A DNA stretch of 64,000 bases, taken from contig CAJINV010000010.1 of assembly GCA_905178155.1 (NCBI GenBank), positions 2,748,587 through 2,812,586 on the forward strand, in the 5' to 3' direction. Origin of the DNA: Amoebophrya sp. A120 (lineage: Eukaryota; Protista; Dinoflagellata). Under the pieces are notes generated by a model. It saw only the letters and a program-made list of their open reading frames with translations. It was not told the origin of the DNA and searched no databases. The translations under genes and the position numbers were made by a program. Each line of letters starts with the position of its first letter. The first letter of the stretch is position 1. Below, in pieces: positions 33,863-46,868 of the stretch.

Positions 33863-36800
33863 CTAGTGAAAGCTGAGCAACCGCAGTGCCGTGCAGAGTC
33901 GCCGCAGCCGCTCGATGATCTTCACAGATTCTAGCGACGACCGGTACAGCTCCATGTTCTCCATGCACATGACGAGCGTGGCGTGGGTTTGGATCGGCGT
34001 GAAATTCGGTTTCAGGTCCGTCCCCGGAACCAGCGTGATTTTTTCCGTCCCCATAACCAGCACCGTTTTGTAGTCGCCGTCGTTGTCCACGTCGAATGGT
34101 GAGTGCGCGTCGTATTGGGTGTTGGCCCGGATGCGGAAGCACGCTTGGTCCTTTTCGAGTTTGCGTATGAATGGGAAACCAGGATGCGCTATTTGGAAGT
34201 TTGTCATGCTACTGTTGACATCATTTTCCTATAGAGTTCTTCTTCTGTGTTGCCCTACCGTGTTTGATTCTACTCCGTTCATCTATTGTTCAGATGTCTA
34301 AACAGCATGACAAACTCAAAATAGCTGAGATTTCCAATGTTTGATAGTCCTGTTGTGATTGGAGAAGACGATGTCGTTGTGCAGACTGATGGTCGCCAAA
34401 TCCGCGTAGGCCTTTTTTTATGCATTGCAAAAGTATCTCACTCATAGTAATCGCAATCATGCATGACAAATCCACTTTCTTTACCTAGTTCTGCATTACA
34501 AATTCCAGTTTTGTTCTTGAAGCAATTTGTCATGCGATTTATACTGGTACGATGCTTTTGCAATGCATATGTTTGCGACGGCAACGTCTTTGATGCAGGT
34601 TTTTCCGACGTCGTCACTGTCTTCTGGAAGGAGGTTGATACCTGGTGTGATTGATTCCCGTTTCTTATGCTATTTTGCTTGACAAAAAACATCTGCATGA
34701 AGACAATCACAAGGCGAGGCGAAGCATGCACAAAATCTAAATCAAAATCTCGAATCAAAAACAATCTTCTTAATACCACATTCCCTCAGCTCCAGCAGCA
34801 GCTTTACTGGGTCGTGGTAGACCTTTCTCTTCCTCTCCTGCATTTCCTCCTCGCTATCCTCCGGGAGCGGGGGCGCGTCACCGTCGAATAATATCGTCGA
34901 CATGAGCTCTGGCAGCGCCGGCCCCAACATCGTCACTCCCTCGTTGTTGATCTTGAACAGTGCCTCGAATCGCGTCGTTTTTAACTGCAGCTCGACCTCC
35001 CCGCCCGGAAATTTTGGTCTTATGATCCAGTAGGAGTAGGGGAACTCCAGATTTTTCGGCTGCGTGATACTGAAAAATCCTAGTCGCAGGCTGTAGAAGG
35101 AAATTTTCCGCGTGTTCTCGTCGAACTGCACTTCTGAGATGTGCTCCGTCGACCAGGCGCCGCCGGTCGAGGTTGAAGAGGAGGATCCGCCCGCCTGTTC
35201 TGCGCCTTCCGCCGGTTCGTTTTCCACCCAAATACTCACTTCCGGGACTGCCTCTATCACGCTGTTGTCCGGGACTTTGTACTCGATTTTGCAGGGTTGC
35301 AGCGTGGCAAGGTTTACTTGCGCGCCGCCCTCGGTATTCGGGTAGAGCAACCGCTTCAATCGGAGGGTTCCCTCGGGCGGAATCTGATGTAGGTGTGCAT
35401 TGCTATATGAGGGTGGAAAATGATGAACAAAAGCAAAACTATATAATTGAAGGACTATAAGGGAAAAAGTCATAACATCCTTCAGAAGAAAAACCTTCTG
35501 AAGAATCTTCAGAAGAATCAAAAAACCTTCAGAAGATCCAAAAATTAGCACTTTTTTAGGCGCGCAAAACTGAAACGGATTCAGATCCTGAATTGCACAA
35601 ATTTCGCCTTTTTTGAAAACCTTCAGAAGACTCAGACCTTCAGTAGGTGTGTTGTAACCTTCAGAAGGTTTTTGACCCAAAAAACCTTCAGAAGGTTGAC
35701 CAAAAATAATTCTTGACCTTCTTGAAGGTTTTGGCCTTCTGAAGGTCGTTTTTTCGAAACCTTCTGAAGGTGGAAAACGAAAATTGCCACTTTTTATCAA
35801 AAAACGGGAAAAAAATGATGCAACTTTTTTTGACCTTCTGAAGGTCAGAAAATCTTCTTGAAGGTCTTCTGAAGGTTGCGACCGGAAAACCTTCTGAAGG
35901 ATTCTTCTGAAGGTTTTCTAAATGTTGCTCCGGCCAACGCCAAACGAATAAAGCGCAACCTTTTATTTTAGCAAAGGCGCCGGCGCTGTGCCGGTCGGAC
36001 GCTTTTCGCCGTGTCGTGTGAAAAGAGCCCGACTGGATATCGCACGCGTTTAGATGCTTCGCGCACTGTTCTCCTGATTCTGGGCTTCGGGAGCTCGAAG
36101 ACCTTCGCGAAACGGAGTGAGAAGTCGCTGACTTCTCACTTTTCGAAAATTCTCACTCTGGGAAGAGTGAACGCGGCTCCGACTCCAGAGTGGGAATTTT
36201 TCAAAAGCGCGGAATCACTGACTTCCCACTCCGTTTCTCGAAGGCCATCGAGAAACGGAGCTTTTTTCAAAGTAAAAACTTTTCAGATGTGTCTCACTTT
36301 TCCAAAGCGAAAACTTTCCAGAAATGAGAAGTCAGCGACTTCCAAAATGACCACTTTCCAGAAGTGGGAAGTCAGTGACAAAATGAAAACAAAAAAGCTC
36401 CGACTTTCGAGACAAAATGAAAAGTCGCGGGCTCTTCATCTTGTTTTGCGACGGAAGGCAGGCCCCTTGTCTCTCAAAAACTTTTCCAGACAAAAGGCGT
36501 GTCACTCGTACCCCATGCGCGCACGCGCGGCGCATTTGCGAAGCTCCTGCGCTGCCACTCCTCGAAAGCCTTCGGGGAAGTTTTCCGGCTATCAGTTCTA
36601 CCGGAGCAGGGCTGCGAGTCATGCACTTTGATTTGAAAGCAGTTGCGTCGACGAAGCTGAAGGATGTATATACTTTTTCCCACGCGGCGCACGCCGCGTG
36701 GATTGGTTCTTAATCACGAAGTAGAGCATCTTGTCGTGGGTCAAATCAATGTTTAAGTGCGACTTGCATGACAACTTCAAGATACGAAAGTACCAGCTTC

Positions 36801-39800
36801 ATTATCCAGCCGCCCCGTGGATACACTTTTGGCCGGAACGGAATCGAGAGGACCTCCACGCGGCAGATTCCCCCGACGGAAAGGAGGAGGGTATGGAAGT
36901 TGAGAACATCTCGCCTAGACTGCCACAAAGTTAGTTGTGAAGACTGTCTTCAAATTTGTAATGCAGCACAACATTATTGCTAATCTTTGTTTTTTTACAG
37001 GCAGTCCTCGTGGGAGTACTACTTTGAGCGGAACGTGCTTGCGAGGAGAAGGACGCCCAAACAGCATGACAAGCTTGTGTTAACCTTGCTGGTCAGATAG
37101 AGAGCGACTTTCCAATCCCATACGGGCCCGTGTTTTTTGATAGATTGTCATAGACGGTGTACCTGAAGTGTGAATTTTGGAATCAAACTTGTCATGCACT
37201 TCAGAACCGAAACTGCTAAATAATGTTTCGTACTAACTTGGACGTATTGAATCCTCACCTCTTCAATACAGTGTCAAGTATGAAAAATCGAGAAAGTCTA
37301 TACAGCGATCGCACGCCAATTTGCGTATTTGTGTGGCCGGAGGCTATCGACTTAGGCAGCTCCAACAAAACCCCCATTCTATATTGGTCCACCACTTTTG
37401 CGCGAAACTTTGATGCTGGGTTTATGCTACCCCAAAAACCAACCCGGATTTTCGTTTTGTTGGTTCCCCAGCTGAACAAGAGAAGTTTTGGTTTTTCGTT
37501 TTGTCATGCGGAAATTTACAGCAAAAAAAAAAATGGATGTTCCGAACTGTTCGTACTTTGTCATGCGAAAAGGAATTTGAATCTGTTCATTTCCATCGAA
37601 AGTAATACACGTCCTGGACTTCCTGTCTTGCGTTGATCTGCTTTGGGTGGTGTTCCGTTGAAAAGCGTCACTGTTATATGTTCAATTTGCGATGCGCGTT
37701 TCGTTACGATTCTGATTTTCTTGCATGAGAATTAGGTAGAAGTGGACGAAGTCGACATCTGATAGATAAACCAGATTTTTTTTACACACATATCACAAAC
37801 TAGCCTGCAAAAACAGTGAGTTTTCAAAGGACATAGCTCGATGTGCCCCAGGAAAAACGCCATTGCTTGGTCTAGCTTCGCTAGCTCCAAATCCCGCAAG
37901 TCGTTTATGAACTCTGTGTATGGAATGCAAATATGTCTGGGTCTGGAACAAGAGTGCGAACGTGTCATGCATCTTTTCCATGACCCATGAGGTCTGAAAT
38001 GCGGGACCTAGGATGACAGACTCTGTCAGATCCCTATCATGCCTATCCTGCATGAGAAACTTTGTCTCAACTTGGTCAAAAGTGGACAACTTTTGGCATT
38101 CATGCAACACAGATTTTTGCACGATCCAGAATTAGCATTACAAGTTGCATCCTTCCAGACCCAGACATTTTTGCAATGCATACTGTGCACCACTGCATTT
38201 TTTGGAGGTTGTTCACGCCCTTGGCCTCTGCATACGCTATCTGCAAATCCTCGACGAGAAGAATGAAAACGAAATTTTGCGGTTATGAGAAGGATGGATA
38301 ATTGGATTGGTAGTCTTTCAATTATGGTATTCGCAAAGTCGGTTTTGCATTAGTCTAGGTCGCGATAGTTAGAATGTTCTTACACGACGCATGACAAATG
38401 AATCTCCATCCACACTAGATTTCTTGTACGCAAAATTTCTGTTCCGTATTTTCCTCGGACTTCAAGCTTTTGTTGAGCGCCTCGACGCACTTCAACACCT
38501 CTGTTTCTCGCAGATTTGTGCAGTAAGCCGATATCTCGGCTTCGTACCTGTTTTTGGTTTTTTTTTGCATCCAAAGTTTGTCATGCACACTTTGCAGAAA
38601 CTCGATATTGATGACCTCAACAGGTTGAAAGAGTGGAAATTTCACATGACATTATTTCGCATGACAGTCGTCTCTTTTATTGTACGGTATACCTGACGTC
38701 CGGCTTCGTGTTGCACGCTATGTATTCCTCCCATTCGTTTGCCAATCGAATTTTCTCTATTTGTATCATCAAGAAAATCACACTCATTTATTTTTTCCGG
38801 ACCTTGCTTTGCCTTTGTTTGTTTATGATGACGAAATTACATGCATGACAGACAGAGTTTTTCATGCAAGCCGGTATACCGAAAATTTTTGGCGACGAGT
38901 GCGATTTTCGACATGATAAATTCGTATCCCAGGTCCTTCATACTGTCATGCTGGAACTGGGCGGCCTGTCAGTCATTCGTCATACAGAGTTATCGGGAAG
39001 ACGAGCAGTTGCAGTTTGTCATGTGGAACACGAACATCAAAACGAAAAAACTTTCACATAGATTCCCTACATTCACTTTCAAATCGTCATTGCAGAAACG
39101 ATCTTCAAATCTTCGCTTACCTTCGGCGCCTCCTCCTCCAGCCTTTGTCGTTCCTCCTCGTTCTTTATGACTGTGCACAACTCCCCCTCCCCCTCATTTG
39201 TAATGCAAAATCCGAAATCCTGTCGTTGCTTTGTGGCACGGTTTGCATGACAAATCTCGGAAGCCCAAACACAAACAGTACAACGCTAGGCACATCAACT
39301 TGTCATGCAAAAGCTCCATTGGGGCTGGTGTCTGTATTGCTTCCTTTTCATGCCATAAAATTGAGGGGGAGGGGGAGTTGTGCACTGTCATATTCTTCGC
39401 TGCTAGCTCGGCTGCGGTTTTCTCTGCCTCCTCTGCCGCTATTCGGTCGTCCTCTGCTTTCTTCTATCAAACGCAAATATGTCTGGGTCTGGAAGAATGC
39501 GACTTTGTCTTTCATATTTAGCATGCCCCAAGAGGCCTGCATCAATGCAGGACCTGGCATGACAGGTTCTGCGAAGTCTCTCTCATGTCTATCCCGCGTC
39601 ACAAACTGCCGCTACACTTGTTCAAACGTGGACGCCTTTTGTTAATCATGCAACACAAATTTGTGTACTATCCAGACTTAGCATGACAAGTTGCATCCTT
39701 CCGGACCCAGACTTTTTGCATTTGATATCTTCGCCGCCTGTTCGATTTCAAATGCAACCTGCTCCTCTTGGGCTTTTAAGAGCTCCTCCTCTAATTGCCT

Positions 39801-39965
39801 CCGTGACTTCTTACCTGGAAATATAATTTTGTATAATACCTACTTCATCGAGATTCAAGTACATGGGGAACAGAAGAAATCAAACATTGAAGACATGCAA
39901 TGTTCAGCAAGACAAATACGTATTTTATCTATCACAGTGTACGTAACCTTACCTTTCTTCCCCAT
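33863..39965 (-). CDS. DNAI7: Axonemal dynein intermediate chain 7 / CASC1 (IC97, CFAP94) homologue, multi-exon (4 introners plus about 10 GT-AG-type introns)
   Basis: N-terminal MGKKGKKSRRQLEEELL coiled coil; WEEYIACNTKPDV...EISAY; GGICRVEVLSIPFRPK; WSTEHISEVQFDE...LEFPYSYWIIRP; KAYADLA; C-terminal LRLLSFH*. Not all internal exon boundaries were resolved. Confidence 0.78.
34419..34569. mobile_element. Introner family B
   Basis: Family B TIRs; direct repeat TTTTT/TGTTT (+ strand). Confidence 0.87.
35479..35917. repeat. Intronic foldback array of about 20 CTTCWGAAG units
   Basis: Mostly CCTTCAGAAG in the left half and CTTCTGAAGG in the right half. Confidence 0.85.
37919..38182. mobile_element. 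Introner family A
   Basis: Family A TIRs; direct repeat CTGTG. Confidence 0.9.
39166..39392. mobile_element. Introner family C
   Basis: Family C TIRs; direct repeat TTCTT. Confidence 0.9.
39465..39727. mobile_element. Introner family A
   Basis: Family A TIRs; direct repeat TCTTC. Confidence 0.9.
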
Positions 39966-42951
39966 TTTCGCTTTCTCGTGTGCGGAAGAACAGAGAGGAG
40001 CAGTGTGCCACCGTGGTCGGGGTGCAACTTGTACTCGTCACTAGTTCCTTGTCGAAGGTGGTGTTGCTGATTGTCGCGGCACGAAGGCCGTATGTGCCGG
40101 ATTCCGTTCGTATGCTCGCTGCGCTGCGGAGAAACGCAGCCCAGGTGCGGCCTGCAGCGCACAGGGTTCTTGCCACAACAAGTTAAAAATGGAACAGGCG
40201 CCACGAGTCCCACATTGTGTTTTTTCAGACAGAATCAGACGAAAAAATGCGCTGCTGGTAGATAACGCTGCGCAATTCTTGAAGTGCTTGCGGACGACTC
40301 TGACCCGAAGAACATGTCATACGGTGCACAGCTCGCAACTATGATTTAGTAGTTTCGAATGCCTAGACAGTTTGTCTTTGTTAGAAGAAAAGGCGGCCAA
40401 ATACCAGACGACAAGTGCAACGATTTCGCTCTGAATGAATGAGGACGAGATACGGGCTGCAGTTTACTCGTTATGGAAATTTACACACGAGCACGAGGAC
40501 TGCGCCATGGTTGAAGCGCGGTAGACATTCAGGGCAGACGACGCTCCCTTCGACCACTCCCGACTCTCGCTGAATAACAACTTGCTTCACAACCACCCTC
40601 GGCCACGTTTTCTACTTGCTCATGTCAAGAACATACCACCTACACGATCACGGTTAGGTGCCTGTCTGAGAACAAAAAAAGGCGCCGCCCATACGCCTAT
40701 ATCGAGATGAAGGAACAGGCCGGGGGCCGACGACTGCGTTACAGGTAAGCGACAATAGACAACAATTGCAGGAGCCAGGCCCCGGAGCTGGCGGCCGCCC
40801 AAGGAAACAACAGGGCACGCGGCTCGCTGAGCACGAGAGGGGTGCCTCAGGGCAACCACTGCAAAGAAAGCAAAGTAGGTGGCACACCCGACGGGCAGGC
40901 GACGGGCGGCACACACATGGCCGCACGCCGGGGGCATGCCGGCCATGCAGTGGGCAACGGCATGAAGCGACGCGCCCTTGTTGCGCCGCCCGGTGCGTGT
41001 TTCGGGGGGGCGTGGCGCTTCCTTGGCCCTGCTTTGTTTCTCGGCGGAACCCGGCCAGCCTTGCTGCAGTGGGCGCCTGCGCGACCATGGGCGCCGCCCA
41101 ATATACACGACGAAAGTCAGATGCCGGCGCGGCCCGAGGGGGCGCGGCCCGCCCTATGCTTTTCGGTGGCACATGCCCGGCAACCAATAGCAACAGACGC
41201 CGCCGCGGCCACCTATCGACTTTTTTCGCGCGGAGGCCATGGTGTCGGGGCCTGGCTTCTTGCTCCGCCAAAAGGCCAGGAGACCACTCGCGGCCGGCGC
41301 AAGCTTTTCTTGAATCGTGGCGCTTCGCTTCCCGTGGCGGAGGGAGTCCACTACTGCCTCCTCGCCTCGTGACGGTGGGGAGGCACACCAGCACGCCAAA
41401 CTGCTGCCCGACGCCTCGCCACGCAGCGGCGTCGGCATGATTTATTTGAACGCTCTGGCAGAATTTGATTTGGAGTTGTGCGTCGAGTGTCCTGGTAGAA
41501 TTAGAAAAGGGTTTATCGGATGACGAGGTAGGTTCCGTCCGCCATGTTGCACAGATACAGTATTCTTGCGACATCAACAAGAGGTTTTTATTATACAATT
41601 TGTTCTCCTCTCGAAAACGATTGTGGGAAAATCAACAAAACAGTTTTATGGCTCTCTTCGGTGTGGAACTCAAGTAAGAACAAATGCGTACTTTCGAACA
41701 AACTTACACGAAACACAAACACCAATGCGAAATCCGACCTCACGATCAGGTCCCGTAAAAGGTCGTGAGAATGTAACTTGCAAATATCCGGAAACCGACG
41801 AGAGGGTTCCCACCTCCTGACTCACATGATCTTCCTCAGCAGCGAAGCTGTGGTCATAGTGAAGAAGCATGGGAACAAGAACATCGTCGTCGGGCTTCAG
41901 AAACTGTGCTTCGCATTTTATTTTATCTCCGTTTTGTAGTTCGCCTTCACGTCCTTTGTTTTCTTCACGAGCTCAAGTCGTTGCTGTTACTTCGGAGATT
42001 TGTGGTAGCGAGTGCATTCACAGCAGAAGTTACAGTTTGTCACTGATCCGTTTGTGCAGGCGGTCGTCTTGACTATCCGACCTCGCGTACTGCGATGAAT
42101 CAAAAAGTTTCCGGCGGCAGCGATGAAGCAAAATCTAGAGCTTGCACTTCGTTTCTTTCGTTGATGCACCGACGGCAAAATTAGTTCTGTAAAAGTACAT
42201 ATCACAGCATCTTTTTCTTTAACTTTAAGCTCTACAAGAAGCTGTACCGGGATGCAATAAGAATACTGAAATTTGTTTGGTTCACCAATCTTCAAAGAGA
42301 GGTTCACACCTCCTAGCTCAATAATGTTGTTCACGGTTTCATTGAGAAATTTTCACGGGAGTTTGAGTTTCCTTTTCCTTCGGGTAGTAAAATCGACAGC
42401 AGATCAAACCTTACATCGGTCATGATTGTTGCAGATGAAAACAAGTATCTCACACTATTTGAGGTTCTTTCTGGAAATGCCACGACAGCGTGGCGTCGAC
42501 AAAAGTCCAATGCTCTAAGTTGGCGTCGCTAGAAGCATTTGGAGAAGCTCATAAAGGTCTAAAAATTTAGCGTCCTTGTTATTTGTGATTGCAGCTCTTC
42601 TCCTACTTTTCTTCATGAGTTCTAGTGCGGAACCGAGCGAGGGCGAGCATCCTTTTTATCGGTTTGATGCAAGTAGACAGCAGCGGCGGTTGTATTTGGT
42701 TTTGGTCCACACAAATAATGAAGCTCTTGTGATAAACTTTTCTATCAGAAGAAAAAACAAGAAAGGTTGATGAAGATGAAACGCTTTCTGCATGTCTATA
42801 CAGATGGTACAAATTGTTAAGTTAAAACTATAGAACTAGAAGCGCCAGATGTGACAGTTGTTGGCTTCGAAAGTTGAAATTGAATGATAGCGCCTAGGCG
42901 TCACTCATCTGATGACGGATCTGTCAGATTGAGTTCTTGTAGTGGGCGAGG

Positions 42952-43779
42952 TCAATAAACAGCAAACTGTTTTTCTTCGAGGACGCGAGTGAACTCGCCG
43001 CGAGTTTCCCGGATTGCTTCGAGGACTGCTGCGTGGTGGGCAGACAGCAGATGGTGCCATGTGGGTTCAGGCGATATCCCACCGTCGGCAGGAAACTTCT
43101 GATGCAGCGCACGGACGTAGTTGATCGCGCGTTTTAAAAGTTCCGTCACGGCATTGGACACATGGACCGACACATGCTCGCGCGGTACGTGGACTTCGCC
43201 TGTTGTAGGAAAAACGTCATCGAGGCTGCAACTCGTCGCGTTGTAAGGCAGATTAGTTGGAAACAGCGCTTTTGTACTCGAAGAGGTGACATTGGCATTG
43301 CTAGTGCTACTGTTGTGACTGTTTTCGTGCTGCAGACACTCCTGTCGTGCTCCAGACCACGTATTCTCAGCTTTTTTGACACCTTTTTCCAGCACCTTCT
43401 GCTCATAGCTCCGCTCGCCGTACGCTGTGTCGGCGTACAGCTTCAAGAATAGACGTCTTGTTCCGTGTGCATGTTCGTGCGCTGCTTCCAAGTTCTCATC
43501 TTTCGGGTCATCCGTCGGAAATCTGGATTTCCAATAATCGATCACTGATTTTAGGATTTTCCACAGCACCCAAGGCCCCTCGATAATAAGCGTTCTGACG
43601 GTGGGGGAGGCACAGGTTCGGACGATGAGAAAAAGAGCGTCAACATCCACTATTCTTCGCAGTATCCCTGGCAAATTCTGTCTCGTTTTGTGTTCGCTTC
43701 GGATCTTCGGCAGCACATGTAAGTACAAGGTCTGCAGTGAAGATGCAGAATAGCAATTGTACGTCTGTACATGAGTCAA
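42952..43779 (-). CDS. Hypothetical protein, paralogue of the N-terminal domain of 44217-46223 (start uncertain)
   Basis: FPTTGEVHVPREHVSVHV...YVRALHQKFPADGGISPEPTW matches FPASGEVHLPRTQVSPHV...HVRALHRKFPRDGTIAEEPSW. Confidence 0.7.
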   Translation of the reverse strand: MTHVQTYNCYSASSLQTLYLHVLPKIRSEHKTRQNLPGILRRIVDVDALFLIVRTCASPTVRTLIIEGPWVLWKILKSVIDYWKSRFPTDDPKDENLEAAHEHAHGTRRLFLKLYADTAYGERSYEQKVLEKGVKKAENTWSGARQECLQHENSHNSSTSNANVTSSSTKALFPTNLPYNATSCSLDDVFPTTGEVHVPREHVSVHVSNAVTELLKRAINYVRALHQKFPADGGISPEPTWHHLLSAHHAAVLEAIRETRGEFTRVLEEKQFAVY

Positions 43780-44216
43780 GCTATAGTGGCTTGCGAGAAA
43801 GTGGAATTCTTCGACTTGCCGAGAACATCTTTCTCAGGTTGAAGTTCCAATAAGGAAGATCACGAAGATATCGGTTCTTTAGTTGTGTTTGAGTTTGCCT
43901 CCGATATCATATAGAATCGCTCCTCCATCCGCACTCATCATGCAAATGCATGAAGCTACAGTACAACATTTACCACTCGAGCTAGAATTTCCCGTTCGTA
44001 CTACCGACGGCACTTTTTACAGGCTTTTCCAAATCGCCATCGCCTTCCACCGATATTCCCGCGTCGAAAATCTGCTCTCGCACAGTGCTGTGGTATCAAA
44101 TCGAAATTCCAAAAAACAATCGAGTTGCTCCCACTCTCATTCGAATTGCCATGACACTGTATGTCCACGCATAGCATGCAATGTGTATGTGTCATCTGGG
44201 CGGGGTGCCAACGAAA

Positions 44217-46223
44217 TTAAAACTGCACTCCAGATTGAAATGAAAGTAGGTCGGCTGCGCAACAGTGTTTCTTGGTTCGATTTGATACAGACAGGAACTG
44301 CTCCCACTGAGTCCAGACCGGGCAAAAGTCCTCCTCTTGAAGGCTTTGTGGATCTTGAACCTTAGTCGCCTGCGGAGCAGTGGCGTTTCGGGAGTTTTTC
44401 GTTTCGGCGCTGCATTGCTTGCAACAGGCGGACAGCTTGACGTCGTTCTTGGGATTGGGTAAATCTTCATTGTTTGCCACGACGGAACTATTTGTTCCTG
44501 CCATCTTCCTCCAAGAAGTAGATTTCCTCGCGAATATCCTGCGAGAAAATGCCGCTCTTTTTTGTTCGTCCGCTTGTCCTCGTTGCAAACGCGCCCGCAG
44601 TCGCTCCGCCTCCTTTGTCGCTAGCTGTAGGTACTTAACCAGGCCCGCATTGGTGCTTCTAGCAGCGTCCAATTTTTGCGCAACGCCATTTCTCTCCTGC
44701 AGAAACTTCTCGCGGGAAATTAAAGTCGTCTGCAATTTTTCCTCGAGCGACTGCGCCTGCTGCTTGTACTGGTTGCGGGACTTCAGTAAAGCGAGCACTT
44801 GGTAGCGAAACTCTTCGTGCGACGTCGGTATCAGACTCATCATGGCAGCCGGCGGCGACGCGACGCAGATTCCAGCGGGGTCTTCGAAGTCGGATGTTGC
44901 TGGAGCAGAGAAACCGTGCTGATCAAACAAGTTCTGTTTTTCTGGAGAAGTAAAACTCACTCCACTTCTCTTGGTCCCACAACCTCTCGCCGTTGAGCGT
45001 TCCCTGGCCGGTTCCTGCGTGTGTCGGAAGAACATGTTCCAGAGCCGAAACTTAGCAATGTCCCGTTGCTCGACCACGACGTCACCTGCAGAAAATGCAC
45101 CCACGTTCTTCGCAAGGAAAAGGAAGTTCGTCGTCGCTTCTTGTAGCTTCATTTCCTGGACTCTGGAGCGGAGATCCTCGTTTTCCTTGACTGCTGTCGC
45201 CAAGTACTTAACCAGAGCCGGAGAGTGGGGGCCCACGGTGGCGTCGTTCAAACCACAACTCAGTGCTAGCTTTTCGGAACTGGCGCGCATGGTCTGCAGC
45301 TCACCGCGCAAGACGTCGCGGGACCGGACCAGGGCCTCGTATTTTGGCGTCAAGAACTCCACCCGGTCTTTCTGCGCCTGGTGCTTCTTCCGCAGCTCGT
45401 CGTGCGATTTGACTAGTGCAACATATGTTTCGTGCAGTACTTCGGGATACGCGAGCAGCTGCACTTCGTCGGCTAGAATCGGTGCGCGGCGAGCTTCTTC
45501 CTGCTCCAGAAGATCCAGTTTGACCTTCAGAAAGTAGGAGAGACCCCAGTCGTAGTTCCGAAGCTCGGTGAAGGAGTCGCCTAGCAGGGAATCCCACGAG
45601 GGCTCCTCGGCGATGGTCCCGTCGCGCGGGAATTTTCTGTGCAATGCTCGGACGTGGGTGAGCAACCCGGACAAAAGCGGGGTCGCAATCGTAGCAACGT
45701 GCGGCGAAACCTGCGTCCGCGGCAAGTGGACTTCCCCACTTGCCGGGAATGTTGCGTCGAAGCAACTGTCTGCGCCGGCGCTGCCGATTTTCCCCTGATA
45801 CGATTCCTCGTCCTCCTCGCGCGCAAGCCCCGTGCCTGACAACTTTTCATTTACCTGCCCGTGTTGCTTGATGTAGCCGTCCAAAATACGTCGGAATCCA
45901 TATCCAGTGTGCAGGTTTAGTAGCGCGAAGCGAGGGGCAGTAACCTCTACGAGCTCGGTCAATTCGCCCAACTGTTCTGCGGGCAGGCGAGGCGCTTCGG
46001 TCGGGAAGGCCTTCACAAACGATGACAACAACTCCTTCACGTCTTCGATTGGGTGTTGAAAGCCACGTTCGCCAGCAAGAATCTTGTTTACCGTTGCGGA
46101 TGAGCAGGTTGCGACGACTGCAAGAAGTGCATCGAGGTCGATTATTGTGGACGGAAATATGCAAAATAAAATTCTGCTGTGTAGTACCCACGTTGTGATG
46201 AAGATGCCATTTCCATAGTTCAT
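44217..46223 (-). CDS. Hypothetical protein: unknown N-terminal domain plus coiled-coil repeats (possible upstream exon)
   Basis: 668-aa ORF; internal repeat LVKYLATAVKENEDLR / LVKYLQLATKEAERLR. Confidence 0.75.
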   Translation of the reverse strand: MNYGNGIFITTWVLHSRILFCIFPSTIIDLDALLAVVATCSSATVNKILAGERGFQHPIEDVKELLSSFVKAFPTEAPRLPAEQLGELTELVEVTAPRFALLNLHTGYGFRRILDGYIKQHGQVNEKLSGTGLAREEDEESYQGKIGSAGADSCFDATFPASGEVHLPRTQVSPHVATIATPLLSGLLTHVRALHRKFPRDGTIAEEPSWDSLLGDSFTELRNYDWGLSYFLKVKLDLLEQEEARRAPILADEVQLLAYPEVLHETYVALVKSHDELRKKHQAQKDRVEFLTPKYEALVRSRDVLRGELQTMRASSEKLALSCGLNDATVGPHSPALVKYLATAVKENEDLRSRVQEMKLQEATTNFLFLAKNVGAFSAGDVVVEQRDIAKFRLWNMFFRHTQEPARERSTARGCGTKRSGVSFTSPEKQNLFDQHGFSAPATSDFEDPAGICVASPPAAMMSLIPTSHEEFRYQVLALLKSRNQYKQQAQSLEEKLQTTLISREKFLQERNGVAQKLDAARSTNAGLVKYLQLATKEAERLRARLQRGQADEQKRAAFSRRIFARKSTSWRKMAGTNSSVVANNEDLPNPKNDVKLSACCKQCSAETKNSRNATAPQATKVQDPQSLQEEDFCPVWTQWEQFLSVSNRTKKHCCAADLLSFQSGVQF

Positions 46224-46868
46224 TCTCGCAGCAAGCTGACTTCAGAAAACCTGTAAGTACTCCGCTTGTGGTAGCAATCAGATCGACACGAACCTTTGCT
46301 CACACGACACGAGAACCAAGAGATGAAACCGATCATGACCTTCTGGTCTTTCCGACTTGAAAGATGTCAACCCCAAATAGATTCAGTCGGGGTCGTCTGC
46401 GTCGCTGTATATTTTTCTTGACGTCCAGCTGTATATTTTTCTTGACGTCTTGCATGACAAGCCTGCACTATTAAGTACAAAGCAAAATTTGCATCGCATA
46501 TTTTTGTTTACTGGCAGGGTCGGTTCTCTGTTGCGGGCTTCGGCAGCGGTCGGTACTCCTGAGAAGTCGTTCCCGGGGCTAGCGTCGTTATCCTTCTGGC
46601 CAGGGGAGGTGTTTGGGCAATATTGAATCGAAGAGCTCAGTTACGGAAAATTCGCTCAAACGACCAATGCTTCAGCATCTCCAAGGAAGACATAGAGAGA
46701 TGTTTTCTCATCCCGCCACCCTTATTCTTGCCGTGTCTCCATGTCAAAATGTTGACCATTCGCAGCAAACAAACCTTCAAAAAATGCTAAAGGAAGACAA
46801 GCAGAAGCTACGTACTTACACCCAAGTAGTTTGGTCGTTTGAGCAGAGCGCTAAACTGTTTCGATTCA

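Noticed and set aside
41510-42060. Possible small minus-strand gene with an in-frame TGA at 41973-41975 (selenoprotein?)
   Set aside because: No redox motif, SECIS or recognisable homology; the exon structure cannot be supported from sequence alone.
46423-46450. Short tandem duplication of GCTGTATATTTTTCTTGACGTC (other copy at about 46403-46425)
   Set aside because: An isolated slippage-type duplication with no further structure.
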